Assembly (NCBI GenBank): GCA_963666985.2
Contig: CAXXIA010000002.1
Span: 224,001-288,000 of the forward strand
Length of the DNA: 64,000 bases
Source: Spirochaetia bacterium
GTDB lineage: Bacteria; Spirochaetota; Spirochaetia; DSM-2461
Direction of reading: 5' to 3'
This document shows positions 10,174 to 21,467 of the stretch, piece by piece. Both the position numbers and the translations under genes were made by a program. The notes beneath the pieces were generated by a model. It ran no database searches. It had not been told where the DNA came from and saw only the letters and a program-made list of their open reading frames with translations. Numbering within the stretch: position 1 is the stretch's first letter; every line of letters starts with the position of its first letter.

Positions 10174-11228
10174 AAACGAGGCGCGATGAGCTCATCATAG
10201 GCTTCCTCGTCCAAAAAGAAAAAATCTTGAAAAAAGGAACGTGCCTCGTTTTCCATGTCCAAATCGGGAAACCGTTCGGGATGAAGCACACCCGCCGTCC
10301 ACGTAAGGCCCAGGAGCCAGCGGGCGTCGGGCTGATCCCAGCTGTGGTAATCGGCGGGAAAAGCATAAAAACGATTATTCTTTACGGCGTCCAGCGACGA
10401 CCACACAGGATCGGCCTCAATGGCCTTAACGGCAGCCTCCGCGTCCACATGATAGGCCGCCACCATAATCACATCGGGATTCCAGGCGGCGATCTGCTCG
10501 ATATTGGTTTTTGTCCATCTCTCTCCGAGATCGGCGTCCTTCCAGACAGGATCGCCGCCCGCCATTTCCACCATTCGGGTTTGAATCCACGAAAGCGGCG
10601 GAACGTTAACCGCACTCTTCCCATCTTTGACCGACCAGTAAAGCATCAGAGTTCTCGGCTTCTCGGAATCCTTAAGATCGGCCAGAGGTTCTTCCACCGC
10701 GGCGATGCGCTTATCGAAAAGGTTGATCAGTTCCTCGGCCCGATCGGGATTGCCGAACATATCGCCGATCACCGCCAAATCGTTCTTCCAGGCTTCGGGA
10801 GTTTCCAAATCAAGATAAAGCGTTTTTACGCCCACGCGCTCAATCGGCTCACCCATTGGGGATTTCAAAAAATTCTTCATTACCACCAGATCGGGGTTCT
10901 GTGCCAGGATTTCCTCGGTGGCGACTTGACGGGGATTGATGATTTTTTCTTCGCTTCGCGGATCGATATCGGAGGCGAAAAAACCGTTCCCCTGATTTCC
11001 GTCGGCCATGGCGATAACTCTCTCCGAGGCTTCCGGAAACATATAAAGGGCATCAAGTATTATAAAAGCCGAAGAACCGACTTGAACGATTCTTTGAGGG
11101 GATGCCGGATTCGAAGCCCCCTCGCCGCCGCCGGATTCGGCGGCATCATCCATTCCGCGGGCTCCCAGAGAACATGCGGCAAAAATAAAAAGAATCGGAA
11201 TCAGTCTTTTGAAAAAAATCTGTATCAT
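10158..11228 (-). CDS. Fe/B12 periplasmic substrate-binding protein
   Basis: Signal peptide, EEILAQNPDLVV, EQIAAWNPDVI, AVKNNR. Operonic with the permease and ATPase. Confidence 0.85.
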   Translation of the reverse strand: MIQIFFKRLIPILFIFAACSLGARGMDDAAESGGGEGASNPASPQRIVQVGSSAFIILDALYMFPEASERVIAMADGNQGNGFFASDIDPRSEEKIINPRQVATEEILAQNPDLVVMKNFLKSPMGEPIERVGVKTLYLDLETPEAWKNDLAVIGDMFGNPDRAEELINLFDKRIAAVEEPLADLKDSEKPRTLMLYWSVKDGKSAVNVPPLSWIQTRMVEMAGGDPVWKDADLGERWTKTNIEQIAAWNPDVIMVAAYHVDAEAAVKAIEADPVWSSLDAVKNNRFYAFPADYHSWDQPDARWLLGLTWTAGVLHPERFPDLDMENEARSFFQDFFFLDEEAYDELIAPRLWSPD

Positions 11229-11407
11229 TCACTCAACCTCTTTTGTGTGATAAGGATACGAAGGATATTCAACCTGATCAACGCCGCCGTTTGAGAAACG
11301 GAGCCATTGACGCACGGCTAAAAGAAGCCGCGGATCATTGAATGAAACGGATGACCGGTCTTGCCGTAAAACCCATCGGAACCTATGCTTAACCGTGGAA
11401 TAGACAC

Positions 11408-11980
11408 ATGAAAGCGAAAAAAATTGAACTTCTGAGAAAAGTCTATGATAAAAATGAAGAGACTCAAGCTTTCGTGATTAAGGCTTTAATCACCAAATAC
11501 ACGGATATCTTCAACGATCTGGATCCCTCTCCTTTGAGAAAGAGAGATCTGGATCAGGACTTTATAAATTATCTTGTATCCTGTTCGCTGGACATTCCTC
11601 TCAAATATAAAACCGAGCTTCATTTTGTGTGCCCGAAAGAAATCGCGGATGCGGCAAAAGAAGAACGCGCAAAAGCCGGAATCGGTACGTATTGCAATTT
11701 AACGATGCTGACCCTAAGAGAGGAATTGAAGAAATCCTATAAAAGAGCCGCCGGCTATATCCTGATTTTCATCGCCCTGGTTTCCATCGCATTCGCATTC
11801 GGACCGAATTTCGAGAAACACGTTATTACCGAAACGCTTCGAGAAGGAATTTTCATCGGCGGATGGGTCTTTTTATGGGAAGCCATCGCCATTGTCTTTA
11901 TGAAAAACAAGAAGATGATTTCCGAATACAAAAGATATGAACGTTTGGAAGATTCTCCGGTGGAGTTTATTTATGAATAA
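11408..11980 (+). CDS. Conserved hypothetical membrane protein (2 TM)
   Basis: 190-aa ORF with DIFNDLDPSPLRKRDL and GWVFLWEAI, plus two hydrophobic helices. Confidence 0.65.
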   Translation: MKAKKIELLRKVYDKNEETQAFVIKALITKYTDIFNDLDPSPLRKRDLDQDFINYLVSCSLDIPLKYKTELHFVCPKEIADAAKEERAKAGIGTYCNLTMLTLREELKKSYKRAAGYILIFIALVSIAFAFGPNFEKHVITETLREGIFIGGWVFLWEAIAIVFMKNKKMISEYKRYERLEDSPVEFIYE

Positions 11981-12078
11981 ATTGGCGGACGCTGAGGATG
12001 CCGTCGGTTCCGGATTTGTTCGTCCGTAAAAGATAATCACACAAGACATCGGCCGAAATCATTTCCGAACCCTTATCT

Positions 12079-12594
12079 TCAAGCCGGTTTTCTACCCCTT
12101 TGGATTTCTTCCAGCAAGCCCGTACAGGTTCTTTCGACAAGACTCCAGACAAGCTCGAAGCCTTCCGGTCCGCCGTACCAGGGATCCGGCACATCCCCGG
12201 TTCCTTCGGGATCGAAATCCCGAAACATCCGAACCTTTTCTCTCTCGGATTCACTGCGGCATAAAGAGAGAACATTCCGAAGATTATCCCGATCCATCGC
12301 CAAAAGAAGATCGTAATCGGCAAGATCGTTTCTATGAAGCTTGCGGGCTTTATGATTGAGCTTAACGCCATGATCGGCGGCGGTGCGCCTCATTCTGGGG
12401 TCGGCCTGTTCTCCGACGTGCCAAGCATCGGTGCCGCTGGATTCCGCCTCTATTCCGTGAACTTCGGCTTTTCGAACCTTATGCTCAAAAACGGCATGAG
12501 CCAAAGGACTCCTGCAGATATTTCCCGTACAGATAAACATGATGCGAATCGTATCCATGAGCGAAGTATTGAAGATTTCCGCCCATCGCGGCAA
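12079..12594 (-). CDS. Low-molecular-weight protein-tyrosine phosphatase
   Basis: CTGNICRSP P-loop and DVPDPWYG. True start may be the internal MDTIR. Confidence 0.92.
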   Translation of the reverse strand: MPRWAEIFNTSLMDTIRIMFICTGNICRSPLAHAVFEHKVRKAEVHGIEAESSGTDAWHVGEQADPRMRRTAADHGVKLNHKARKLHRNDLADYDLLLAMDRDNLRNVLSLCRSESEREKVRMFRDFDPEGTGDVPDPWYGGPEGFELVWSLVERTCTGLLEEIQRGRKPA

Positions 12595-12713
12595 TCGGGG
12601 TTACCGGATAAAAACCGGCGGAATGAAACGTCCGCGACCGATGACGATACCGACGAAATCGGCCGCCGTGTTTAAACAAACGGACGGCGCAAATCCCGCC
12701 GCTTCATGGAAAA

Positions 12714-13757
12714 TCATTCTCTTCCGTAAATGATATTTTCCTGTTCGGCAACCCGGATAAACGTTGTCCGCCGGCTTAACTCCTTGAGCCGGGCCGCTCC
12801 CACATAGGTACAGGCGGACCGAACGCCGCCGAGAATATCCTGCAGTGTTTCCTCGACCGATCCGCGATACGGAATTCGCACCGCTTTTCCTTCGGATGCG
12901 CGATAATCGGCGACGCCGCCGGAATGCTTATCCATGGCTTCTTTCGAACTCATTCCGTAGAAAAGGACGTATTTCCGGCCGTCCTCTTCGATAATTTCAC
13001 CCTCGCACTCCTTGTGTCCGGCGAGCATGCCTCCCAGCATTACGTAATCGGCACCGGCTCCGAAGGCTTTCGCGACATCCCCGGGACGGATACAGCCGCC
13101 GTCCGAAATAATATGACCACCCAAACCGTGAGCGGCATCGGCGCATTCGATAACGGCCGAGAGCTGAGGATAGCCGACACCGGTTTTTACGCGCGTCGTA
13201 CAGACCGAACCGGGTCCTATTCCCACTTTAACGATGTCCGCCCCGGCGAGAATCAGTTCTTCCACCATTTCTCCGGTCACGACGTTTCCGGCGGTAATCA
13301 CCTTGCCGGGCCATGCTTCCCGAATTCGTTTGACGAAATCCACGAAATGTTCCGAATAGCCGTTGGCCACATCAATGCAGATATACCGAAGAGACGGATT
13401 TTGCGTCAGGATTCGTTCCAGTTTTTCACGGTCCGATTCTCCCGTTCCGGTACTCACCATAATGTAGTCCAGTGCCTCATGAGGAATTGAAGAGACAAAA
13501 GCGGTCCAATCCTCCGGTGAATAGTGCTTATGTACGGCCGTTACCAGTTTCTTGGCACTCAGAACCTCGGCCATTGAAAACGTGCCGACCGTATCCATAT
13601 TCGCGGCCATAACAGGGATTCCCGTCCACTGCGAACCGGAATTTCGAAACCGGAAAGTTCTGTTCAAATCGACTTGACTTCGACTGCCGAGAGTGGATCT
13701 TTTGGGGCGAATCATTACGTCTTTAAAGCCGAGTTTGATTTCATAATCTATACGCAT
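12714..13757 (-). CDS. guaC: GMP reductase
   Basis: [45 protein letters not shown]. Confidence 0.95.
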   Translation of the reverse strand: MRIDYEIKLGFKDVMIRPKRSTLGSRSQVDLNRTFRFRNSGSQWTGIPVMAANMDTVGTFSMAEVLSAKKLVTAVHKHYSPEDWTAFVSSIPHEALDYIMVSTGTGESDREKLERILTQNPSLRYICIDVANGYSEHFVDFVKRIREAWPGKVITAGNVVTGEMVEELILAGADIVKVGIGPGSVCTTRVKTGVGYPQLSAVIECADAAHGLGGHIISDGGCIRPGDVAKAFGAGADYVMLGGMLAGHKECEGEIIEEDGRKYVLFYGMSSKEAMDKHSGGVADYRASEGKAVRIPYRGSVEETLQDILGGVRSACTYVGAARLKELSRRTTFIRVAEQENIIYGRE

Positions 13758-13900
13758 AGAACACCTCGATGCCTTCTTCCTAATGTACCGCGTTCCGCCT
13801 GGCGGTACTGATCTTGCACCGCCGGGTAGATTAGTCGATGTACACGGACCGATTCAACCCTATCGTTAAAATGAACTTATGGATGCACTATAATGAAAAC

Positions 13901-14686
13901 ATGGGCAAGAACAAGCTGGATAAGAAATTTTATGAAAAAGAAATGAAGCGCCTGCAAATCGAACTGATAAAAGTTCAGCAATGGGTTAAGGAAACCGGTC
14001 AAAAAATCGTCGTGATCTTCGAAGGACGGGATGCCGCCGGAAAAGGCGGCGTTATTAAAAGAATCTCGCAAAGCCTCAATCCTCGCGTCGTCCGCATTGT
14101 CGCTTTAGGCAAGCCGACGGACAGGGAAGTCAGTCAATGGTATTTCCAAAGGTATGTCGCCCATCTGCCGGCGGCGGGAGAAATGTGCCTGTTCGACAGA
14201 AGCTGGTACAACGCCGCCGGAGTCGATAAGGTGATGGGGTTTCTTTCGGAACGGCAAGTTGATGAGTTTCTTCATACCTGCCCGGATTTCGAAAACATGC
14301 TCATCGGATCGGGAATCCGGCTTATTAAATTCTGGTTCAGCGTCAGCTCAAAGGAACAGGATCGGCGTTTCGAAGACCGCATTACCGATCCTTTGAAGCG
14401 ATGGAAGTTCAGCCCCATGGATTTGGAATCCCGTGAAAGATGGGAAGAATACTCCAAGGCGAAAGACGAAATGATGTCGGCCACGGATACGAATGAATAA
14501 CCTTGGTGGATCGTCGAAGCCGACGATAAACGGCGCGCCAGATTAAACTGCATCAGCCAATTGCTCGAGTTACTGCCGTATTATGAAATTCCAAGAGAAA
14601 AAATAACGCTTCCGCCTCGGCCCAAGGCCAAGGGTTACGTTCGATCGCCCAAACATGAACAACATTTCGTCCCGGAACGTTACTAA
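13901..14686 (+). pseudogene. ppk2: Polyphosphate kinase 2 with an in-frame TAA at 14498-14500
   Basis: FEGRDAAGKGG, FDRSWYN, KRWKFSPMD. The same frame continues after the stop as PWWIVEADDKRRARLNCI...VPERY* (stop at 14686). Confidence 0.85.
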
Positions 14687-14723
14687 AAACAGATTCTTCA
14701 ACGAACGGCCTTCCCGCCGCCGT

Positions 14724-15095
14724 TCAAAGGGAGGGAAATGCCGCCGCTTCCGTATCGCTCCGAATTTTGATGCCGATTTGGGATAATTTTTCCAAATCCT
14801 GCTTCAGCTTTTTTTCAGCGGAGAGATAGCAGCGCTTTTTCTTATGCGATCCGTCGCTTTCAAGAAATCCTCCGTAAACCTTTTGAAAGTGAGGTTCTTC
14901 CTCGCCGTCCGTTCCGCCGGAATAATTGGCGCAAAGTTTATAAACAACGGCTCCCTCGACAATGGATTCTTCGTAATCCAGCGTTAATGAAAGCTCCGCC
15001 GGAATCCCGGAATCCCGTTCTTTTCCGAGAAAATCCACCCAATCGTCAAAGCTTATCGGGCAGCGTTTGAAAAGACTGTATAAAAAAGTTTTCAT
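14724..15095 (-). CDS. Hypothetical protein
   Basis: 123-aa ORF directly downstream of the Rrf2 gene; no motif recognised. Confidence 0.55.
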   Translation of the reverse strand: MKTFLYSLFKRCPISFDDWVDFLGKERDSGIPAELSLTLDYEESIVEGAVVYKLCANYSGGTDGEEEPHFQKVYGGFLESDGSHKKKRCYLSAEKKLKQDLEKLSQIGIKIRSDTEAAAFPSL

Positions 15096-15102
15096 TTCCG
15101 CT

Positions 15103-15543
15103 CTATTCCGCCGTTCCGGACTCCGAAGACTCTTTTGCTCGGGGAACCAGATCTCTAAGAGTGGTGTTCTCCAGCCGATGAGCTATGTAATTCCGAATGT
15201 CCGAGAAGACCTCCATCAATTCGGCGCTTTGTTCCACGGCCGACGGTTCGTAAAAATATTCACTGACGGCAAGAACGGGCGCCAAAGCTCCGTCGAGGAG
15301 CCGAATCACATCGGCAAGGCAGATTTTCTCCGGAGCTTTTCCGAGCTTGTATCCGCCCTCCGGCCCCATACGGCTTTGAACATATCCGCTTCCCTTGAGA
15401 ATCAGCATGATCTGTTCCAGATATTTCCGCGGGATATTTCTGACCTCTGTAATCTCGGCGATCTTCGTATAGCCCTTTTCATAATTCTTGGCTAAGTCGA
15501 TAAGAGCCAAACAGGCATATTCACTTTTGGTCGACAATTTCAT
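15103..15543 (-). CDS. Rrf2-family transcriptional regulator (CymR-like, no Fe-S cysteines)
   Basis: MKLSTKSEYA...YLEQI...SRMGPEGGYKL...IRLLDG. Confidence 0.9.
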   Translation of the reverse strand: MKLSTKSEYACLALIDLAKNYEKGYTKIAEITEVRNIPRKYLEQIMLILKGSGYVQSRMGPEGGYKLGKAPEKICLADVIRLLDGALAPVLAVSEYFYEPSAVEQSAELMEVFSDIRNYIAHRLENTTLRDLVPRAKESSESGTAE

Positions 15544-15618
15544 CTTGAATCCCTCGGCGGGCTTTACCATATCAAACGACCGCCGTGCGCTCATCCGGTT
15601 CCCGAGCTGAAAAAAACA

Positions 15619-16599
15619 TCACCGCAATGCTTTCGTCAGCGTATAAACAGCCAAAATGCAGGAGTATGCCGGAACAAACCATTTCCAGAATTTCTCCGGA
15701 ACGATTTTAACGGCATAGGGCGCCGCAACGGCGGCAAACATACTGCCCAGCATCATTGAAGGCAGCAGAATGAAATCAACAGGTGTGCCGGTCTCAAGCA
15801 GAGCAAACCAGACAATTACCGAAACAAGGCACACCGTACCTTCCGATAAGGCGGTAATGGCCATCATGGATTTCACCGGTATACCGGAAAGAAGCCCTCC
15901 TATCGTAACCACAGGACCGTAGCCTCCGCCTCCGATACCTTTATTGAATCCGGCCAACGCACCGAAGAACACCATCCGCCGCGGGGAATATTCCCGCTGT
16001 TTCCTTGAGTGGAACAGCGACACCAATCCCATAACAACCAGGAGCAATGCGACATAAAGACGAATCCATTTCTCGGCAAGTTTAAAAATACCGTATACGG
16101 ATGTTACGGAAACGATGACCGCGATACATCCTGAAACGGAAATTATAAGCCAAAGGCGCAGAGTTTCGGATAAAGGTTTGATTCTCCACCGAACATTCCC
16201 AAATTGGTTATGAAGCCAAGCTCCGGTAAGTCCCGCTACGGCCTGCTGTATCATTACCACGGGAATGATCTGCATCGGGGCAAATCCCAGGATTAAAAGC
16301 ATGGGGGTAATCGCCGTTCCAAATCCCATCCCGGCCGAAGCATCCAAAAACTCAAAAATTACCGTCAGAACAACAACCGTCCATTGAATTGTCGGCCCTT
16401 TGCCGCCGGAAAACGACGGACTACTCACCGCAAAGTACGCTATAAGGAAAACGGCGAAAAAAGCGGCAAGAGAGACGACTATGGCGAACCATTGCTTCCG
16501 TTCCGGTCGAATCTTGATACCGCTTCCCGACGAACCGGCGGAATCACTTGTTGAAAAACCGCGATAATCAATACCCGAAACAGGATTTGATTCGCCCAT
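15619..16599 (-). CDS. Sulfite exporter TauE/SafE family
   Basis: DASAGMGFGT and GIGGGGYGP repeats, multiple TMs. Start trimmed to MGESNP. Confidence 0.8.
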   Translation of the reverse strand: MGESNPVSGIDYRGFSTSDSAGSSGSGIKIRPERKQWFAIVVSLAAFFAVFLIAYFAVSSPSFSGGKGPTIQWTVVVLTVIFEFLDASAGMGFGTAITPMLLILGFAPMQIIPVVMIQQAVAGLTGAWLHNQFGNVRWRIKPLSETLRLWLIISVSGCIAVIVSVTSVYGIFKLAEKWIRLYVALLLVVMGLVSLFHSRKQREYSPRRMVFFGALAGFNKGIGGGGYGPVVTIGGLLSGIPVKSMMAITALSEGTVCLVSVIVWFALLETGTPVDFILLPSMMLGSMFAAVAAPYAVKIVPEKFWKWFVPAYSCILAVYTLTKALR

Positions 16600-16630
16600 A
16601 TTCTTCGTCCCTTCCTTTTTATTGCACACT

Positions 16631-16653
16631 TTGTCTATCATTTTAGTAGACAA
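16631..16653. promoter_or_regulatory. Palindrome, putative Rrf2 operator
   Basis: TTGTCTA-tcattttag-TAGACAA just upstream of the tauE-rrf2 operon. Confidence 0.5.
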
Positions 16654-16815
16654 TAGATTTATAACAGCCTCAATTCGAAAGGTCAAGAAGAAGATTCGTT
16701 GAATCGGGAACACACGAAAAGACACCGCATGAAAAACTTCTATCGAAACTCATTGGGATTCAGAGAGCATCCATGTTCGCCAAGAAATTAACGTATCCTT
16801 ACCGGATGATTCCGC

Positions 16816-18282
16816 TTAAGCCGTTTCCACGCGGTTTCTTCCGCCCTTTTTCGCGCGATATAAGGCCTCATCCACCCGCTGCAGCAGATCTTTTCGGGTT
16901 TCTTCATTGTTCCACTGGGCAACGCCCAGACTGATTCGAACGGAAATGGCTCTCTCGGAATGAACCACGGCGGTATCCCGAATCGTGCGCCTCAGCTCTT
17001 CCGCGATGAGCCGTCCGTTCTCAAGGTCGCAATCCTGCAGCAGAATTAAAAATTCTTCACCGCCCCAGCGGCAGAGGGAATCGGCCTCCCTGAGCATCTT
17101 CCGCGTAACCTCCGCTACGGACTTCAGAACGGCATCGCCGGCCGGATGCCCGTATTCATCATTAATCCGCTTAAAATAATCAATATCATAAAGAATCAGC
17201 GTTAACGGCCGATTTCGCCGCTCCGCTTCCCGAAAAGCCTGAGTAAAAACAATTTCGAATGCATAACGATTACTTGCTTGAGTCAGTCTGTCCGTCGTGG
17301 CCAATAACTCAAGCTCAGCCTGATAAACATTGGCCGTCTTTAAAACCGACAGAACGATGATCAATCCGATGGGCAGTGTTATAAGAAAAATCTTTAAAAA
17401 AAGCCGTTTCCGAACATGCTGCCGATCGGAGCTGTTCAAGGACTGTTCGACAAAAAGATATAAGTCCAATTCGGGAAGATACCGTGTGTTGAGAAGATAT
17501 TCCTCATTATCGCGGCTATAGGAAACGGAATGGGTTTCTTTGTCTTCCGAAATGGGAGGAAGAATCTGAAAATCCGGAACATCGTCGATATTGGAAAACG
17601 ACGGCGGAGCGATGCTGTTTGCCAACAGAACGTTTTTCCGCTCATCAACGAAATAGATGATTCGATTATACCGTCTTGCATAATCATCCAAGAGCTCCAT
17701 CACATTTTCCACGGTAAGACCGCATCCTGTTATTCCGATAAAATTGCCGTCGTAATCAAAAACTTTGTGATTGATGAAGATGGTTAATGCACCTTCATTG
17801 GCATCATCGATTCCCAGATTGATTTGATAATCATCCCAGGCGTCACGTGTCTTAAAAAACCACTCGTCCCTGGGATTATTCCGATCAACCGTGGTGAAAA
17901 GCCCGGTAGGATGATAATAAGAACCGGTTACATTCGACGCAAAGAAACAAGTGACCGTATTGTATTTCTCCTGAATCGTTTTCAGGTACTTGCTGATCAG
18001 AGCGGCATCCTTCTCCTCATTGAGAATCCAATCGATGAGAAAAGTGTCGTTCGACATTAATGATGAGATAAGAACAAGTTCAATAATGTCTTTTCGTATT
18101 TCCGAATAGATCGTATCTCCCGTCAGAGGAAGAATACTTTCCGAAAGACTCTTTTTGTAAACATTTAAGGTTGCGTAATAACTGACCGAACATACGGCGG
18201 CGAACCCGATGAACAGCAAAAAACAAATAAGAACAATTATTCGTCTTTTCTTAGGCGGACCAAGGGCTGCGGTTTTCCTCAT
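16816..18282 (-). CDS. Sensor (Cache-like) diguanylate cyclase
   Basis: Two TMs flanking a periplasmic domain; DIDYFKRINDEYGH and RWGGEEF. Confidence 0.92.
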   Translation of the reverse strand: MRKTAALGPPKKRRIIVLICFLLFIGFAAVCSVSYYATLNVYKKSLSESILPLTGDTIYSEIRKDIIELVLISSLMSNDTFLIDWILNEEKDAALISKYLKTIQEKYNTVTCFFASNVTGSYYHPTGLFTTVDRNNPRDEWFFKTRDAWDDYQINLGIDDANEGALTIFINHKVFDYDGNFIGITGCGLTVENVMELLDDYARRYNRIIYFVDERKNVLLANSIAPPSFSNIDDVPDFQILPPISEDKETHSVSYSRDNEEYLLNTRYLPELDLYLFVEQSLNSSDRQHVRKRLFLKIFLITLPIGLIIVLSVLKTANVYQAELELLATTDRLTQASNRYAFEIVFTQAFREAERRNRPLTLILYDIDYFKRINDEYGHPAGDAVLKSVAEVTRKMLREADSLCRWGGEEFLILLQDCDLENGRLIAEELRRTIRDTAVVHSERAISVRISLGVAQWNNEETRKDLLQRVDEALYRAKKGGRNRVETA

Positions 18283-18486
18283 TCGTAAAATCCTCTCCGT
18301 CTTCGAAACTCATTTTTAGTTTATGATTGATGATGAGGAAAAACCATTATCGGATAAAAATCCGTACGATACGGCCCCCCCTTTTTTTCATCGTTTCATC
18401 AGGCGGCGAGGTGAATCGGCGGATCGGAGCTGTGGGCGGGAAGACTAAAGAAACACGGCGAATCGGGGTCCGCGCGGCGGTCGGAG

Positions 18487-18933
18487 CTACTCGTTCAGCA
18501 GTTCAACAACCTCGCCCGGCGATTCGGCGCGGGAGAGAGCCCTCAGAAAGGCGGGTGCCCGCGTAAGACGGGCGATTTCAGCCAGGGCTTCGATATGCGG
18601 CCCCGACTGATCGGGCGGTGCGAGAAGAAGAAAGAAAAGACGGGAAGGATCGCCGTCCGCCGATTGGAAGTCGATTCCGTCCGGAGCAATCCCGATGGCA
18701 AGCGTCAGAGCGGAAGCGGCCGGTGTTTTCGCATGAGGAACGGCAATGCCGCTTTCAAGACCGGTGCTTCCGAGACTTTCCCGCTCAAGAAGCGCGTTCA
18801 GCGCGGTATCCCGGTTACTCACCTTCCCGCAATTCACCAAAATATCGAGCAGCTCGGGAATCACTTCATATTTCGTCGTCGAAACAAGCGGTACTTTTAC
18901 GACATTAGGTTCTATCAGATTAAGCAAACCCAT
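18487..18933 (-). CDS. PTS EIIA (Ntr/Fru-type) protein
   Basis: RESLGSTGLESGIAVPHAK with the phospho-His; last gene of the V-ATPase operon. Confidence 0.9.
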   Translation of the reverse strand: MGLLNLIEPNVVKVPLVSTTKYEVIPELLDILVNCGKVSNRDTALNALLERESLGSTGLESGIAVPHAKTPAASALTLAIGIAPDGIDFQSADGDPSRLFFLLLAPPDQSGPHIEALAEIARLTRAPAFLRALSRAESPGEVVELLNE

Positions 18934-18948
18934 TTTACCAATCCTCCA

Positions 18949-19437
18949 CTACATTCCGCGCTGAAACAGTTCATCCACACGGTCGGAATCTTTCACTATT
19001 AAGACCGAGCAGCCGGCGCTTCGCATCGCGCGTTCGCTCTCGTCGTAGAATTCATCACGGCGGCTGCGCACATGAGCCAACTCGCCGAGCACCAACAAAT
19101 CGATCGATTCCTCGTCCACGATACGCAAAAGCTCCTGATGAACGCTGCCGGAACGTTTCAGGCATTCCACGCTCACACCCTTTTCATTTCCCGCTTTACG
19201 GACGTGATTCAGGTACCTGTCGGCATCGGCTTCCAGATCGCGAGAATACTCTTTTTCTTCCACTTCAAGGAAGATGCGGGAACGCACAAGATCCTGAAGG
19301 GCCCTCGTGTTGACTACATAGCAGGCAAACAGCCGCGCGTCAACGGCGCCGGCAAGAAGAATCGCATAATCGGCCGCCGTTAGAGACTCCTCGGATCCGT
19401 CGACATTAATCAGTATGTTTCGAATCGGACCGGACAT
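18949..19437 (-). CDS. Universal stress protein
   Basis: ILINVDGSEES, DLLVLG, AGCSVLIVK. Confidence 0.88.
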   Translation of the reverse strand: MSGPIRNILINVDGSEESLTAADYAILLAGAVDARLFACYVVNTRALQDLVRSRIFLEVEEKEYSRDLEADADRYLNHVRKAGNEKGVSVECLKRSGSVHQELLRIVDEESIDLLVLGELAHVRSRRDEFYDESERAMRSAGCSVLIVKDSDRVDELFQRGM

Positions 19438-19438
19438 T

Positions 19439-20068
19439 CTAGACCTCCTTCATGGCAAGCCGCTGCTTCACCATCTTCATCAGCACGAACATCTCACGTT
19501 CATTCTCTTCCAGACGATCCTGAATAAGATCGACTGTTTCCTCAAGTTCGGGAATCGCGATTTTCTCCAGAGCGTTCACTTTCCGGATCGTCCGCCGAAC
19601 ATCCCGTGCAAGACGCATAATCGAAACCTTAAGCTCGGCGAGTTTGCCTATGAGTTCAAGAACCTTTTTGAACGAATCGATCGTTTCATCAATCCAGAAG
19701 CTTCCTTCGGTCGGTGAAAAATACGGCGGGTGTTCCGTAAAACTCGTATTCACGACAGGCAGGCGCACGCCCATCACCTTTCGGCTTGATATCTGCATAC
19801 CGGCGGTGATGTTGACGGCACCGGAAAGATGAAGAATCTGAAGACGGCCGCCGTCCAGAACCGATTCTTCAAGGGCCGCATAGGCATCGGCAAGCGCTTT
19901 ATTCACCTGCCCTTCGAAATCAACGGCCTGATCCACAAGCGCAAGAAGCTCAATCACCAGAATGTTGCGCTTCTGATCCAAAAGTTCATGTCCCTGCCGT
20001 GCCAGCGCAAGTTCCTGACGAAGAGAAAGAAGATTCGTCTTGGTGGGAGCAACGCTACGGGCGGCCAT
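19439..20068 (-). CDS. ntpD: V/A-type ATPase subunit D
   Basis: [27 protein letters not shown]. Confidence 0.95.
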   Translation of the reverse strand: MAARSVAPTKTNLLSLRQELALARQGHELLDQKRNILVIELLALVDQAVDFEGQVNKALADAYAALEESVLDGGRLQILHLSGAVNITAGMQISSRKVMGVRLPVVNTSFTEHPPYFSPTEGSFWIDETIDSFKKVLELIGKLAELKVSIMRLARDVRRTIRKVNALEKIAIPELEETVDLIQDRLEENEREMFVLMKMVKQRLAMKEV

Positions 20069-21467
20069 AATGCGCTTGAATCTCCTCCTCGGTAACGCGG
20101 TGAAGCTCTTCGGTCGGCAGATGTTCCAAAACCTTCCAGCCGATATCCAAAGTCTGCTCTATCGTTCTCTCTTCGTGGTCGGACTGAGAAACGAAATCCC
20201 TCTCCAGCGCGTTTCCGAACTCGATGTACTGCGCATCCAGCGGCGTAAGCTCCTCTTCTCCGATAACCGACGCGAGATTCCGAACGTCCTTTACATGACT
20301 GTAGCTTGCAAAAAGCTGACTCGCCAGATGAGGATGATCGTCGCGCGTTCGTCCCTCGCCTATGCCGTCTTTCATAAGGCGGGAGAGAGAAGGCAGTCCG
20401 GCGATGGGCGGATAGATGCCGCGGTTGTACATTTCGCGCTCGAAAACGATCTGCCCTTCGGTGATATATCCGGTAAGGTCCGGAATCGGATGCGAGATGT
20501 CGTCGTTGGGCATCGTAAGAATCGGCAGCTGCGTAATCGAGCCGGACGATCCATCAATCATTCCCGAGCGTTCGTAAATCTCGGCCAAGTCGGAATAGAG
20601 GTAGCCGGGATAGCCCTTTCGCGAGGGGATTTCTCCCCGAAGCGTTGAAACTTCCCGAAGCGATTCGCAGTAGTTGGTCATGTCGGTCATGATGACAAGG
20701 ACATGCATGTTCTTGGTAAAGGCAAGGTACTCGGCGAGAGTCAGAGCCGATCGCGGCGTGATAATCCGTTCGATGGAAGGATCGTCGGCAAGAGAAAGGA
20801 ACAGAGCGACCTTCTCCTGCACGCCCGATTCCTCAAAAGAACGGACGAAGAACTGGGCCACGTCGTGCTTAACACCCATCGCGGCGAAAACGACCGCGAA
20901 GTCGCTTTTTCCGCCGAGGATTTTCGCTTGACGCGCAATCTGCGCGGCCACCTCGTTGTGCGGCAGACCGTTGCCGCTGAAAATCGGGAGCTTCTGACCG
21001 CGAATAAGCGTATTCATGCCGTCAATCGCCGAAATGCCCGTTTGAATGAAATCCCGGGGATACCGGCGCGATGTCGGATTAATCGGAAGTCCGTACACGG
21101 GTCTTTCGTCATCGCCGACCGGTGGAGGTCCTCCGTCCCGCGCCTCTCCGAGACCGGAAAAAACACGGCCGAGCATCCGCTCGCTCACGGCAAGAGTGAT
21201 GGGTTCTCCCATGAACCTGACCTTGGTGTCGGGCATGGTCAAACCTGAGGTTCCCTGAAAAACCTGCACGACAACCGTATCGTCGGATGTGTCGAGCACC
21301 ATGCCCTGACGAACATCCCCGGCCGGATCAACGCATTCCACGAGGTCCCGATATCCGACCGGATGGGTTTTGCGGACAAACAGCAGAGGTCCGTCGATCT
21401 TATCGACGCCCAGATACTCGCGCCCCGTCTCCAGTCCGGATTCCATGGTGTTCACGTTCTCAGGCAT
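20055..21467 (-). CDS. ntpB: V/A-type ATPase subunit B
   Basis: [51 protein letters not shown]. Confidence 0.97.
   Translation of the reverse strand: MPENVNTMESGLETGREYLGVDKIDGPLLFVRKTHPVGYRDLVECVDPAGDVRQGMVLDTSDDTVVVQVFQGTSGLTMPDTKVRFMGEPITLAVSERMLGRVFSGLGEARDGGPPPVGDDERPVYGLPINPTSRRYPRDFIQTGISAIDGMNTLIRGQKLPIFSGNGLPHNEVAAQIARQAKILGGKSDFAVVFAAMGVKHDVAQFFVRSFEESGVQEKVALFLSLADDPSIERIITPRSALTLAEYLAFTKNMHVLVIMTDMTNYCESLREVSTLRGEIPSRKGYPGYLYSDLAEIYERSGMIDGSSGSITQLPILTMPNDDISHPIPDLTGYITEGQIVFEREMYNRGIYPPIAGLPSLSRLMKDGIGEGRTRDDHPHLASQLFASYSHVKDVRNLASVIGEEELTPLDAQYIEFGNALERDFVSQSDHEERTIEQTLDIGWKVLEHLPTEELHRVTEEEIQAHYGRP

Noticed and set aside
10227..11294. 355-aa + strand ORF
   Set aside because: Antisense shadow of the ABC substrate-binding gene; no motifs.
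11229..11407. Possible cobalamin riboswitch upstream of the Fe/B12 ABC operon
   Set aside because: No B12-box or GGGAA/GCCACTG core seen, and the region is short.
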